Below the pieces are notes generated by a model. It did no database searches and was not told the DNA's origin. It saw nothing but the letters and a program-made list of their open reading frames with translations. The translations under genes were made by a program, and so were the position numbers. From Chloroflexota bacterium (GTDB lineage Bacteria > Chloroflexota > Dehalococcoidia > UBA2979), in the NCBI GenBank assembly GCA_027593235.1, contig JAQCIU010000008.1, positions 1 to 64,000 of the forward strand: a DNA stretch of 64,000 nucleotides, in the 5' to 3' direction. Shown here piece after piece: positions 48,556-58,069 of this stretch; position 1 is the first letter of the stretch; each line of letters starts with the position of its first letter.

Positions 48556-49401
48556 ATGACCACCGAGACCGTGATCGACGCGACCGATGCCACCTTCCAG
48601 GCGGAAGTCCTGGATCGCTCTCACCAGGTTCCGGTGGTGGTCGATTTCTGGGCCGAATGGTGCGGACCCTGCCGGGTGCTAGGTCCGGTGCTCGAACAGG
48701 TGGCGGCTGAGCTCGGTGACGCCGTTCAACTGGTAAAGCTCGACACCGACGCGAACCAGCGCGTCGCCGCGCAGTACGGCATCCGCAGCATTCCCGCGGT
48801 CAAGGCGTTCCGAGATGGTGTGATGGTCGACGAGTTCGTTGGCGCGCTACCCGAACCCGAGGTGCGCGCCTTCTTCGATCGCATCCGCCCGACGGAGGCC
48901 GACGCGCTCACCGCCGCCGGCGAAGCGGCGCTCGGCGCCGGCGATCTGGCTGCGGCGCAAGCCCAGTTCGAGGCGGCACTCGCGATCAATCACGCTCACG
49001 CCGATGCCACAATCGGACTCGCAATCGCCTCCGTCGAACAGGGGAACGTCGATCGCGCCGAGGAACTGGCGTTGCGCGTTCCCGCGCAGCCGCGCGCTGC
49101 ACGCGTGCTGGCGCGCGTCAATCTGCTGCGCGCGGCCGTCGGCATCGACCGTGCAGCACTCGAGGATCGACTCGCGGCGAACGAGGCGGACCTCGATGCG
49201 CACTACCAGCTCGGGGCGCACATGCTCGCGGTCGGCGAGTGGGAGCCCGGCTTCGAGCACCTGCTGGAGGTGCTGATCCGCGACCGCAAGTTCGCGGACG
49301 ATGGCGCCCGACGGCGCTTCATCGAGGGTCTCGATCTCCTCGGCGCGGCGCATCCGGTCGCCGTGGAGTACCTGCGAAGGCTGACGAACGTGCTCTTCTA
49401 G
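48556..49401 (+). CDS. Thioredoxin-TPR chaperedoxin (CnoX/YbbN family)
   Basis: VDFWAEWCGPC plus TPR C-terminus ending RRLTNVLF. Confidence 0.92.
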   Translation: MTTETVIDATDATFQAEVLDRSHQVPVVVDFWAEWCGPCRVLGPVLEQVAAELGDAVQLVKLDTDANQRVAAQYGIRSIPAVKAFRDGVMVDEFVGALPEPEVRAFFDRIRPTEADALTAAGEAALGAGDLAAAQAQFEAALAINHAHADATIGLAIASVEQGNVDRAEELALRVPAQPRAARVLARVNLLRAAVGIDRAALEDRLAANEADLDAHYQLGAHMLAVGEWEPGFEHLLEVLIRDRKFADDGARRRFIEGLDLLGAAHPVAVEYLRRLTNVLF

Positions 49402-50360
49402 CGACCCAGTACCGCGTCGATTGCCGAGGCGATCTCCTCGGCTTCCATGATGCCCTCGAACTTCGCGGCGACCGTGCCGTCCGGGTTCAGCACGAAGACG
49501 AACGGCTCGGCGAGTAGCCCCCACTCCTCGACAGTCGGCAGCGGGACGAGGCTTCCCTCCCGCGCCTGCTGGAGGTCGAACGGCTCCACGTGGATGAACT
49601 CAACGACATCCGCATACTCCGCCTGCACGGGGAGGATTACTTCGTCCATCACCGGACCGCAGAAGCGTGTCTGGCAGAACGCCGGCGTGACAAAGGCGAC
49701 GACCACGGGCTTCCCGGTGTCCAACGCCTCCGCGATCGTCAGCTCGTGCAATTCCGGGTGTGGCAGGGTGCTGGAATCGATCTCGCTCACATCGGCAACG
49801 TCGCGCAGCGTCAGTTGCTCGCTGCGCGGGACCGCCGCGCCAATCGCCGGTTCGCTGCTGGCCTCGACCCAGAACTCGGAGCGCATGCCCTCGTGCCGCT
49901 CACCATCGATCTCGGCGTCGACCTCCATGCCCCACCAGCCGACGGTGTCGAACTCCACATTCGCCACATAGACAGTCGATTCAACGCCGCTGTGGACGTG
50001 GACTGATCCGTCCGTGTGCACGTGATCGCCCTCGGCGCCGATCGTCCGCGGCGTGGCCACCTGCTCCGTGGTCAACTCCGCGACGCTCGGTTCGTCCTCG
50101 GGGCGTTCGGCCAGGCGATAGAACCGCACGGTCACTGTGGCGCCGGAGAGCAATGCGCCCTCGCTGGTCAGTGCAATCGAGACGCGGTTCGGTCCAAGAC
50201 CAAACGGCGAATTCGCGAGGATCGGGTAGTACGGGGCGCCCTCGTTGCTGCGGGCGACGCCCCGGGCGTCCCAGCCGCCCGCCTCGCTGCCACCGCAACT
50301 CACGAGGACTGCGAGCAGCCCGGCGAGCAGGAACGGCAGGGTGCGGCGTCGAATCAGCAT
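49398..50360 (-). CDS. Lipoprotein with thioredoxin-like C-terminal domain
   Basis: Lipobox LVS-C; HVH..HVH segment; TPAFCQTRFCGP, FIHVE, EP(F)VFV. Confidence 0.75.
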   Translation of the reverse strand: MLIRRRTLPFLLAGLLAVLVSCGGSEAGGWDARGVARSNEGAPYYPILANSPFGLGPNRVSIALTSEGALLSGATVTVRFYRLAERPEDEPSVAELTTEQVATPRTIGAEGDHVHTDGSVHVHSGVESTVYVANVEFDTVGWWGMEVDAEIDGERHEGMRSEFWVEASSEPAIGAAVPRSEQLTLRDVADVSEIDSSTLPHPELHELTIAEALDTGKPVVVAFVTPAFCQTRFCGPVMDEVILPVQAEYADVVEFIHVEPFDLQQAREGSLVPLPTVEEWGLLAEPFVFVLNPDGTVAAKFEGIMEAEEIASAIDAVLGR

Positions 50361-50470
50361 GGCGCGCTCCTCGAGGGCCAGGCGACCGCCGGCACAGGGG
50401 GTGGGGTACGCAGAGGATTGACCCGATCGCAGGCAGGAACAAGTGACGGCGATCCCAGTTCCGGTGAGCG

Positions 50471-51004
50471 TTAGACCTCTTGGCGCAGGTACGCCGTGGC
50501 AAGCGCGTCGGCGTACTCGTTCCAGAGCGACCCGTCGTGCGCGCGGATCCAGCGGATCCGTGCACTCGGACGCTCCTGTGAGAGCTGGTAGGCACGCTGC
50601 ACGAGATCAAGGTTCTTCACCGGCCCGGTGGTCCGGCGCCAACCGCGCTTCTCCCAACCGGACGCCCACTTCGTGAGCGTGTCGACGACCAGCTTGCTGT
50701 CGGTATAGAGATCCGCGGAGTCATCGGGACCGAGCATCTCCAGACCGACGATCATTGCCTGGAACTCCATGCGGTTGTTGGTCGTCGCCGGATCGAATCC
50801 GTGCTGCTCCTCGACCACCGCGCCATCGTCGACGCGGACGGTGCCCCAGCCACCCGGCCCGGGGTTCCCGGAGCAGGAGCCGTCGGTGAAGATCCCGGTC
50901 TGCGGGCCATCGCGAAAGCGCTCCAGCACCTCATCGGTGGTGAGCGATTGCGCACGGGTGACGGATTGGCCGCGCCGCGCCGGCTGGCCTCGGAAGTTAC
51001 TCAC
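50471..51004 (-). CDS. rnhA: Ribonuclease HI
   Basis: FTDGSCSGNPGPGGWG, TTNNRME, TDS, VKNLDL, WIRAH, NEYAD. Confidence 0.95.
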   Translation of the reverse strand: MSNFRGQPARRGQSVTRAQSLTTDEVLERFRDGPQTGIFTDGSCSGNPGPGGWGTVRVDDGAVVEEQHGFDPATTNNRMEFQAMIVGLEMLGPDDSADLYTDSKLVVDTLTKWASGWEKRGWRRTTGPVKNLDLVQRAYQLSQERPSARIRWIRAHDGSLWNEYADALATAYLRQEV

Positions 51005-51009
51005 GCTGG

Positions 51010-52569
51010 CTACTCAAGACTGACTCCGTTGTAGAGCATCACCGGATCGCCGCCGAAGACGTCACTTTCGAGGTTGGCGACCACGACGACGGGGCGGTCC
51101 GCGACCACCACGGCGCTGCCCACCCAGCCATCCGGCAAGGCACCGTTCTCCCATTGCACGAACGTGCGTTGTCCATCCACCCGCGCCGCGCCGGGCGGGA
51201 AGAGCCCATCCGGGAACTGCTTGGAGTAGTAGATCACCGTGACGTGGGCGACCGATCCGTCGAACGAGAGCACGCGGAACCAGGAGTTCCACCCTCGGGA
51301 GGCGCCCCACGGTCCGTAGTTCTTGTTCAGCACCGGCAGCACCACCTGGCGGGACGCTTCCTCGGCGGTGAATCCTCGGTAGTCGGCGAACGCGCCATTG
51401 GGCGAGATGCGCTGCGCAACCACGGCGATCGGATCGACCGCCTCCATGCGCACGGTGCCGAAGAACGTCGATGGCAGCGGTTGCCCCGGTGGGAGACAGC
51501 CGATCGCCCCGTCTGAACGCTGGTCGCAGGTCAACGACCCCGCGACCGTCACGGTGTGCTCGATCTCAATGCGTTCGCCCGCGGCGTTCTTGCCATCGAA
51601 GAGCAACGTCACTTCGTTCGGCACGCTGGGCGTGCCGCTGAGAATGCGGAAGCGGGTCGACCAGGTCGTCTGTCCCTGACTCGCGTTGCGATCGACCAGC
51701 GGCAACAGCACGACGTGACTCAGCTCGTCCGTCCCGATGCTGCGCGATGTCGCGAGCCCGGCGCTGGTGCGGCTCCGCGTGTCGACGGTGACCGCCAGCG
51801 TCTGCGATCCCGCCTCGATGCCACTGTCAGTGCGGAACGTCTCGACGACCGCCGATCCGTCGAATCCCAGCGGCACCGCCATCGATCGCTCGTCGCGCAC
51901 CAGCGTCGCCCGAGGCGCAACCAGCACCCCGCCGGACGCGCAACCGGCGCCCGGCGTCGCCGGATCCAGCGCGACCGAACTCGTCGATCCCGGCTTGTAG
52001 TAGCGGACCCCGACGCACGCCGCGTTCGTGTCGCTGCTGTTTTCGATCGTGATGCGCGAGACGTGACTCGCCGTGTTCTGGACAATCGGCAGGTACTGCG
52101 ACCCGCCGGATGACCCAAGCCGGAGCGCGTCGCCACCGATCTGGAAGCTGCCATTGGACAGGAACGCGTCCCGCGCCAGCATCGCAACGAACGGCTGATC
52201 GACCGTCACGAACGCGGAACCCTGGTATCCGGGCTTCAATTCATCCAACGACTGCTGGAAGAACGACCATCCGAACCCGGGGCGGAGAGCCGCGCACCCG
52301 TCCACCTCAGGACACCCGTCGGAGCCAACCAGATTGCCGCTGCGATCGTAAAAGTCGAGTTGGATCGTTGCCGCGCTCGTCCCGACATTCTGGATCCGAA
52401 TCCAGGAGTTCTCGACCGGCAGGGTGAGGGATTGCGCACCCAGTGACTGGGCACTCACGGCGCCGGCGAGTAGCGCAAACGCGAGCAGCCCCAGCAGGAC
52501 CCACTTGCGCGCGGGCAGGGATCGACCATGAAACGGTCGCAGGTGCACCTGTTGGCGCTCTCTCCACAC
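51010..52569 (-). CDS. Secreted beta-rich hypothetical protein with repeated domains
   Basis: Signal peptide; repeated IRIQN/ITIEN/FRIL..., GSAxV..DxP units; start uncertain. Confidence 0.75.
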   Translation of the reverse strand: MWRERQQVHLRPFHGRSLPARKWVLLGLLAFALLAGAVSAQSLGAQSLTLPVENSWIRIQNVGTSAATIQLDFYDRSGNLVGSDGCPEVDGCAALRPGFGWSFFQQSLDELKPGYQGSAFVTVDQPFVAMLARDAFLSNGSFQIGGDALRLGSSGGSQYLPIVQNTASHVSRITIENSSDTNAACVGVRYYKPGSTSSVALDPATPGAGCASGGVLVAPRATLVRDERSMAVPLGFDGSAVVETFRTDSGIEAGSQTLAVTVDTRSRTSAGLATSRSIGTDELSHVVLLPLVDRNASQGQTTWSTRFRILSGTPSVPNEVTLLFDGKNAAGERIEIEHTVTVAGSLTCDQRSDGAIGCLPPGQPLPSTFFGTVRMEAVDPIAVVAQRISPNGAFADYRGFTAEEASRQVVLPVLNKNYGPWGASRGWNSWFRVLSFDGSVAHVTVIYYSKQFPDGLFPPGAARVDGQRTFVQWENGALPDGWVGSAVVVADRPVVVVANLESDVFGGDPVMLYNGVSLE

Positions 52570-52716
52570 CCCACCACAAGGCCGAGGAAGCAGTCGCCCC
52601 CCGATGATACGTCAGAGGGCCACCGCGAGCGCCAGTGCTGGGGCAGTCCGGTGTGCTGGTCGGCGGTGAATGCCGATGCTACGCTGCCTCGCTGAACGCC
52701 GCACGCGTTCTCTTCG

Positions 52717-52793
52717 CGGGGTGTAGCTCAGCTTGGCAGAGCGCTTCGTTCGGGACGAAGAGGCCCCCAGTTCAAATCTGGGCACCCCGACCA
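52717..52793 (+). tRNA. tRNA-Pro(CGG)
   Basis: CGGGGTGTAGCTCAGCTTGGCAGAGCG-CTTCG-TTCGGGA-CGAAG...CCCAGTTCAAATCTGGGCACCCCGACCA. Confidence 0.96.
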
Positions 52794-53034
52794 TCATTCC
52801 CACGTCCGATTCGCGTACCACCGTTGCGGCTGGTTCCGGATTCGGACGATCGGTTGACCCTCGGCAACCCGCATCATGCATGGCATCTCAGGGTGCGTAT
52901 GTTTCGGGTTTCGTCCGATATATGGTCAAACGTGAATTGACGACGAGATTGATGGAAACCTTTCGCCCTCATCGTGCGTTCTGAGGGCGAGCGGGTGCGC
53001 CCCTGCAAACTCCCCTCAACATCAGGACGGCCAG

Positions 53035-53952
53035 ATGGTTCAACGAGCCGAGACCGCGAGCCCACGTCGGCGTAAGCAACTCACCGACGAATCGATCCGT
53101 ATGGCGGTCGCAGGCGACTGGAAAGGCGCTGCCGCCGCCAACTCCGCGATCCTCGACGATTTTCCCGACGATATCGAGGCGGCGAACCGCCTCGGCAAGG
53201 CACTGACGGAACTCGGTCAGCCCAAGAAGGCGATCGACGCGTACCAGCGAGCGCTCGCGATCGACTCCTTCAACAGCATCGCGCGCAAGAACCTCGAACG
53301 ACTCGAGGCGGCGGACGCGGCGGCCAAGGGTGTGCAAGCGGCGAAGCCGGCGAAGGCCAAGAGCGCGGCCGCCGAGCGCGGCACCGGCGTACTCGTCTCC
53401 TCCGCGACGGCCGCCGAGTTCCGCCTCCAGCAAGCGAACCCCGCCGAGATCGCGAAGCTCGATCCGGGCGACCCAGCCACATTGCAGGCCAACGCGCGCG
53501 GTGTCGCGGTCCTCTCCGCCGAGGGCGTGATCCTCGGATACATCGAGCCAAAGGCCGGGCTACGCCTACGCCGGATGATCGAGGGCGGCAACACCTACGA
53601 TGTGAAGATCCGGGCGGTCGACGCCGACGGGCACGCGATCGTCTTCATCCGCGAGGTGCGCCGCGATCCGTCACTGGTCGGCCAGGCCTCCTTCCTCGCA
53701 TCGGCGGAAACCCGTCGCAAGGCGCCGCGCGCCTACACCCGACGCTCCGCGCTGGTCGACGAGGATGAGCCAGACTTCGGCGACGATGACGACGAAGACG
53801 ACGACCCGCGGGCGGAACTGCGCGAGGTCGCGGATGTCGAGGACATCGACGACGACGTCGACATCACCGACGAGATCGACGCGGACGATGACGACGGCGA
53901 CGATCCCGCCGACACGGACGACGACTTCGAGGGCGACGCCCAGGACAGCTAG
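53035..53952 (+). CDS. TPR protein with highly acidic C-terminal tail
   Basis: AANRLGKAL..AIDAYQRALAID..NSIARKNL; Asp/Glu-rich end. Confidence 0.82.
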   Translation: MVQRAETASPRRRKQLTDESIRMAVAGDWKGAAAANSAILDDFPDDIEAANRLGKALTELGQPKKAIDAYQRALAIDSFNSIARKNLERLEAADAAAKGVQAAKPAKAKSAAAERGTGVLVSSATAAEFRLQQANPAEIAKLDPGDPATLQANARGVAVLSAEGVILGYIEPKAGLRLRRMIEGGNTYDVKIRAVDADGHAIVFIREVRRDPSLVGQASFLASAETRRKAPRAYTRRSALVDEDEPDFGDDDDEDDDPRAELREVADVEDIDDDVDITDEIDADDDDGDDPADTDDDFEGDAQDS

Positions 53953-53985
53953 GGAGAGCGAGGCGCTGAACAGCCTCAGCCCCGG

Positions 53986-54597
53986 CTAGAGCAGTCCGTG
54001 CGCGGACAGCTCCGTACGCAATACATCCGCGCCCTGGAACAGATTCGCCTGGAGCCCGGCAAGTCGGGCGTTCTCCAGGTACTCCGGCGTGTCGTCGATG
54101 AACAGCGTCGTGCTCGGCTCGCCGCTGACCTCTGCAAGTACAAGCCCGAACACGGTCGGTCCGGTCTTGCCGGTGCCAAACTGGCAGGAGAAGAACGCGC
54201 GCTCCCCGAAGAGCGCCGCCACGTCTGGCGCCATCCTTGCGAGGTGATCGCGAAGCACCGGCCCGTTGTTCGTGAGCATCGCGATCGTCGCGCGCTCGCC
54301 GACCGCCCGCGCCAGTTCGATCACTTCGAGGTTCTGCGACATTCCGGCCTGCCGCGCGGCGACCCAGAGTTCCGTCGAAACCGGGGCATCGAGCAACCTC
54401 GAAAACTCCGCCAGGTAGCCGGCGCTGTCGTACGCGCCATCATCGGCGCGGGCATCGAAGCCGGAGCTGAAGGCCCGCCGCTCGATCTCCGCCGCGTCCA
54501 CGCCGGTCTCGGCGGCGAGCACCGCGAGGCGCCGCTCGAAGTCGTAGTGCGACAGCACCCCATCGAGGTCGAACAGCACCGTCTCGATCACCGTCAT
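53986..54597 (-). CDS. HAD family phosphatase
   Basis: VLFDLDGVL, LTNN, TLFIDD..N..A...GL. Confidence 0.9.
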   Translation of the reverse strand: MTVIETVLFDLDGVLSHYDFERRLAVLAAETGVDAAEIERRAFSSGFDARADDGAYDSAGYLAEFSRLLDAPVSTELWVAARQAGMSQNLEVIELARAVGERATIAMLTNNGPVLRDHLARMAPDVAALFGERAFFSCQFGTGKTGPTVFGLVLAEVSGEPSTTLFIDDTPEYLENARLAGLQANLFQGADVLRTELSAHGLL

Positions 54598-54666
54598 GCG
54601 CCCTCCGCGGGCCAGCGTACGACCACGCGCGACGCCCTGGCGCTGCGACGGAGCTACCATGCGGCC

Positions 54667-55446
54667 GTGAGCAACGCCGACCGACCGCGCATCCTGATTA
54701 CCCGCGCCGAGGACGTCCTCGGCGAGCGCTGGGACGATTACGCCGCGTGCATCGCACGCGCTGGCGGCGATCCGATCGCCGCCGATCTCCCCGCCGCCAC
54801 TGCCGAGGGCGGTCGTGGCATCGAGGCGTTCGGAGCGTTCGACGGCCTCGTCGTCACCGCCGGCGTGGATATCGATCCGACGCGCTACGGCCAGCCGCGT
54901 TCGGACCGCGTCCGCGAGATCGAACCGCGACGCGACGCGTTCGAGGAAGCATTGCTCGAGGCCGCGCGCGCCGCCGATCTCCCGATCCTCGCAATCTGTC
55001 GGGGCATCCAGGTGCTTAACACCTCGCGCGGCGGGACGCTCTTGCAGCACCTCGAAGAACGCGATCCGCATCGCGCGCGGCGCGGCCCGGACGGCGAGTC
55101 GATCGATTCCGGCTGGCACGACGTTGCAGTCCAGGCCGGTTCGCTGCTCGCGCGCGTCACCGGCGCCGACAGCCTCCACGTGAACTCCCGACACCACCAG
55201 GCGGTGCTCACCTCCACGGTCGCGCCCGACCTCGTCGCGACGGGGACCGCCGAGCAGGAGGTGGTCGAAGCGCTCGAGGACCCGGCGCTCACCTGGGCGC
55301 TCGGTATCCAGTGGCACCCGGAACGACCGGAGATGGCGGACAATCCAGCGATGCACAACGCCTCGATCGCGATCTTCGAAGCCTTCGTCGCGGCCTGCCA
55401 CGCGCGTCGCCAGCATGCAGCGGTCGACGCGAGCTCCGCTCGATGA
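54667..55446 (+). CDS. Peptidase C26 / gamma-glutamyl-gamma-aminobutyrate hydrolase family
   Basis: AICRGIQ, VNSRHHQAV, GIQWHPE. Confidence 0.92.
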   Translation: MSNADRPRILITRAEDVLGERWDDYAACIARAGGDPIAADLPAATAEGGRGIEAFGAFDGLVVTAGVDIDPTRYGQPRSDRVREIEPRRDAFEEALLEAARAADLPILAICRGIQVLNTSRGGTLLQHLEERDPHRARRGPDGESIDSGWHDVAVQAGSLLARVTGADSLHVNSRHHQAVLTSTVAPDLVATGTAEQEVVEALEDPALTWALGIQWHPERPEMADNPAMHNASIAIFEAFVAACHARRQHAAVDASSAR

Positions 55447-55934
55447 CAGCCCCGTTCCTCTACTTCGGTTACGGCTCGAACCTCGACGAGGCGCGACTGC
55501 ACCTCCACTGCCCATCCGCGCGGCTGGTCACCACCGCCCGACTCGGCGGCTACCGCCTGGCGTTCAGCATCGAGAGCAAGAACACCTGGCACGGTGGCGT
55601 CGGCGACATCCGTCAGCAGCCGGGGAGCGAGGTATGGGGCGCGCTCTGGGTGATTGACGACGAACACGCCGAGCCACTCGATCGCCAGGAAGGTGTGTTC
55701 CGCGATCCGCCCGCCTATCGCCGGATCACGATCGACCTCGAAACCGCCGCCGGCGACCGCGTCACCTGCCGCACCTACCAGGTCGTCGCACCGGAGCCGG
55801 AGGGGTTCCTCCCCTCACCCGCCTACCGCGACACGATCCTCCGCGGCGCCCGCGCTATCGGCCTGCCGGCGGAGTACCTCCGCACCCTCGAGGCGATCCG
55901 CGACAACGGGCACGTCGGCGGCGGACCGCACTAA
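55443..55934 (+). CDS. Gamma-glutamylcyclotransferase family protein
   Basis: YFGYGSNL, VWGALW, LDRQEG, PSPAY. Confidence 0.9.
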   Translation: MTAPFLYFGYGSNLDEARLHLHCPSARLVTTARLGGYRLAFSIESKNTWHGGVGDIRQQPGSEVWGALWVIDDEHAEPLDRQEGVFRDPPAYRRITIDLETAAGDRVTCRTYQVVAPEPEGFLPSPAYRDTILRGARAIGLPAEYLRTLEAIRDNGHVGGGPH

Positions 55935-56032
55935 CACCGTCCGCTGTTCGGCACGGTCGGGCCTGGCGACCTCGAAGTGATCACCCGGGTTCGCACCTCG
56001 TGCTCTCCTGCGTCGTACCTCACCATGGATCG

Positions 56033-56896
56033 ATGGAAGTGCGCTGGATCGTCGACAATGCCCTGAACTTCGCGCCGCACGTCGCGGTGCTGGCGCTCGC
56101 CGTGGTCGCGTACTCGGTCTTCGGCCGCCACTGGTCGCTCGCGATTGTGTCGATGGTCGTCGTGGTCTTCGCCGGCGCCTACATTGCGCGCTCCGACGCA
56201 CTCCTCGCACGCGCGCACGACTGTCCCGCCACCCCACGCCTGCGCATCGCCACCTTCAACGTGCAGGCCGGCGCCGCCGATTTCGACGCGTTCGCGCAGC
56301 TCGTCGAAGAACAAGACGTGCAAATCGTGGTGCTCGAGGAGATGACCTTCAACGCCTCCTTCTACGCGAGCGCGCTCTACGAGCGGTACCCCTACCGCGT
56401 CGCGTCTTCGCCCCGCTGGATCGAGGTCCTTTCGACCGTGCCGCTGGACTCCGTTGGGTCGTTCAACGTCTTCGGGCAGTCTGAAGCGCGGCGCATCTGG
56501 CGCGCCACGCTCACCGAGCCGTTCCAGACTGACCTCTACTTTTTCCACGCGATGACCTCGCGCTCCGCCTTTCTGCACAACATCCGCTCCGATCAGTACG
56601 CGGTGCTCGAAGAGGTGCTCGACCAGTCACCCGGTCCGGCGATCGTCGTCGGCGACATGAATGCGACGGTGCTCGATCCCAGCTTCGGCGCGCTGCTCCG
56701 CAGTACCGGCCTGCGCACCGGCGTCGACGGCCGCCGCGACGCGGCGTCGTGGCCAAGCGGGCTCGGTTGGCTCGGCCTGCGCATCGATCACGTCCTCCAG
56801 CGCGGCTTCGAGGTCTGCGACGCCAGCCGAGGATCATCGTTCGGATCGGATCACCGGCCCGTGATCGTTGAGCTTGCAGAGACCCCACCGGCCTGA
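56033..56896 (+). CDS. Endonuclease/exonuclease/phosphatase family membrane protein
   Basis: N-terminal TM; LRIATFNV, VVGDMN, IDH, GSDH.P. Confidence 0.88.
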   Translation: MEVRWIVDNALNFAPHVAVLALAVVAYSVFGRHWSLAIVSMVVVVFAGAYIARSDALLARAHDCPATPRLRIATFNVQAGAADFDAFAQLVEEQDVQIVVLEEMTFNASFYASALYERYPYRVASSPRWIEVLSTVPLDSVGSFNVFGQSEARRIWRATLTEPFQTDLYFFHAMTSRSAFLHNIRSDQYAVLEEVLDQSPGPAIVVGDMNATVLDPSFGALLRSTGLRTGVDGRRDAASWPSGLGWLGLRIDHVLQRGFEVCDASRGSSFGSDHRPVIVELAETPPA

Positions 56897-56965
56897 GCTC
56901 CCTCCCTCACGGGAACCAAACAATCGCCAGCGGTGTACCCCTCTCAGGAAGCCTGGGAGGACACG

Positions 56966-57919
56966 ATGACACCATCACAACAACACTGGATCCCCGCGTT
57001 CGGACTGCTCGCCGCCGCTGCGCTCGGCACCGTCGCGCTCACCCTTGATCGCGGTGATCCCGCGAACCTCGCGGCCGACGCCTCCGCGCAACCGCCGGCG
57101 AGTGCCCCAATCGCGGCTGTCCATCCGATCGAGGTGCTCACCCGTCCCGCCGCGATCCGCGAAGCGGCCGCGATCGAGGCGGCGGCTCCGCGTCCCGTCG
57201 GTGTGCTCACCTACCTGGACGGGGAGGGAAGCTACGTCGCGGTGAACGCCAGCGACCTCGCGAGTCACCTCGAAGTCACCGAGCCCGCCTCGGCGATCGC
57301 TGGACCGACCAGCACCGGGGACCGCTATCCCTCGCCAGACGGCCGCTACGAAGCGATCGTCCGGCGGGTCGAACTCGGCACCTGGATCGATGTCTTCGAC
57401 CGTGGCACCCCTGTCTTCTCTGATGGCATCGCCGGACCGGACGATCAGACCCTGGTCGCCGGGACGAAGGCGCTGGCCGCGGCCGTAGATGGGATCCCAC
57501 TGACGATCGCCTGGTCCCCGGACTCCCGCTACCTCGCGTACGGCAGCATCACCGGCGCCCCGTACGCACTGGCCCTCGTGCGTACCGATAACTGGTCGAG
57601 CAGCTACAACCGCGTGGCGGGCGGCTACGTCGGTGAACTGGCGTGGGCTCCCGACTCCAGCCGGCTCGCGATCTCCACGTACGAACCAGACCGCAGCAAC
57701 CACACCGTGCTGATCTACAACCCGCAGCAGCCCGTTCCGCGGCGCCTCATCGATGGCTGTCGCATCGTCTGGGCGCCTGATGCGCGGTTCATCGCGGTTC
57801 ATCGCGAACCCGGCGACGAGACTGGCGTCTGGATCTCCTCCCCGGACGGGAAGACGCGGATCGAAGCGACGGCGGACCCGAACGCCTTCCCCATCTCGTG
57901 GACGGTCACAGCTTCGTAA
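56966..57919 (+). CDS. Exported TolB/PD40-like beta-propeller protein
   Basis: Signal/TM; repeated SPDG, WSPDS, WAPDS, WAPD. Confidence 0.75.
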   Translation: MTPSQQHWIPAFGLLAAAALGTVALTLDRGDPANLAADASAQPPASAPIAAVHPIEVLTRPAAIREAAAIEAAAPRPVGVLTYLDGEGSYVAVNASDLASHLEVTEPASAIAGPTSTGDRYPSPDGRYEAIVRRVELGTWIDVFDRGTPVFSDGIAGPDDQTLVAGTKALAAAVDGIPLTIAWSPDSRYLAYGSITGAPYALALVRTDNWSSSYNRVAGGYVGELAWAPDSSRLAISTYEPDRSNHTVLIYNPQQPVPRRLIDGCRIVWAPDARFIAVHREPGDETGVWISSPDGKTRIEATADPNAFPISWTVTAS

Positions 57920-58069
57920 CCAGGCTCCGTACCCGGTCGATCACCCAGCGCCGATCGGCCAGTTAGGCCCGCAATAGCGGGCTTAACTGGTAAACTTTGG
58001 GTACTCCCCTTGAAGTGATCCGAGTCTGGGTGCGGCCGCCGATCGCAGCCGCCAACCGACGGAGTGCGC

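Noticed and set aside
52940-53030. Hairpin TCGCCCTCA...TGAGGGCGA as a riboswitch
   Set aside because: Single stem with no recognisable aptamer consensus
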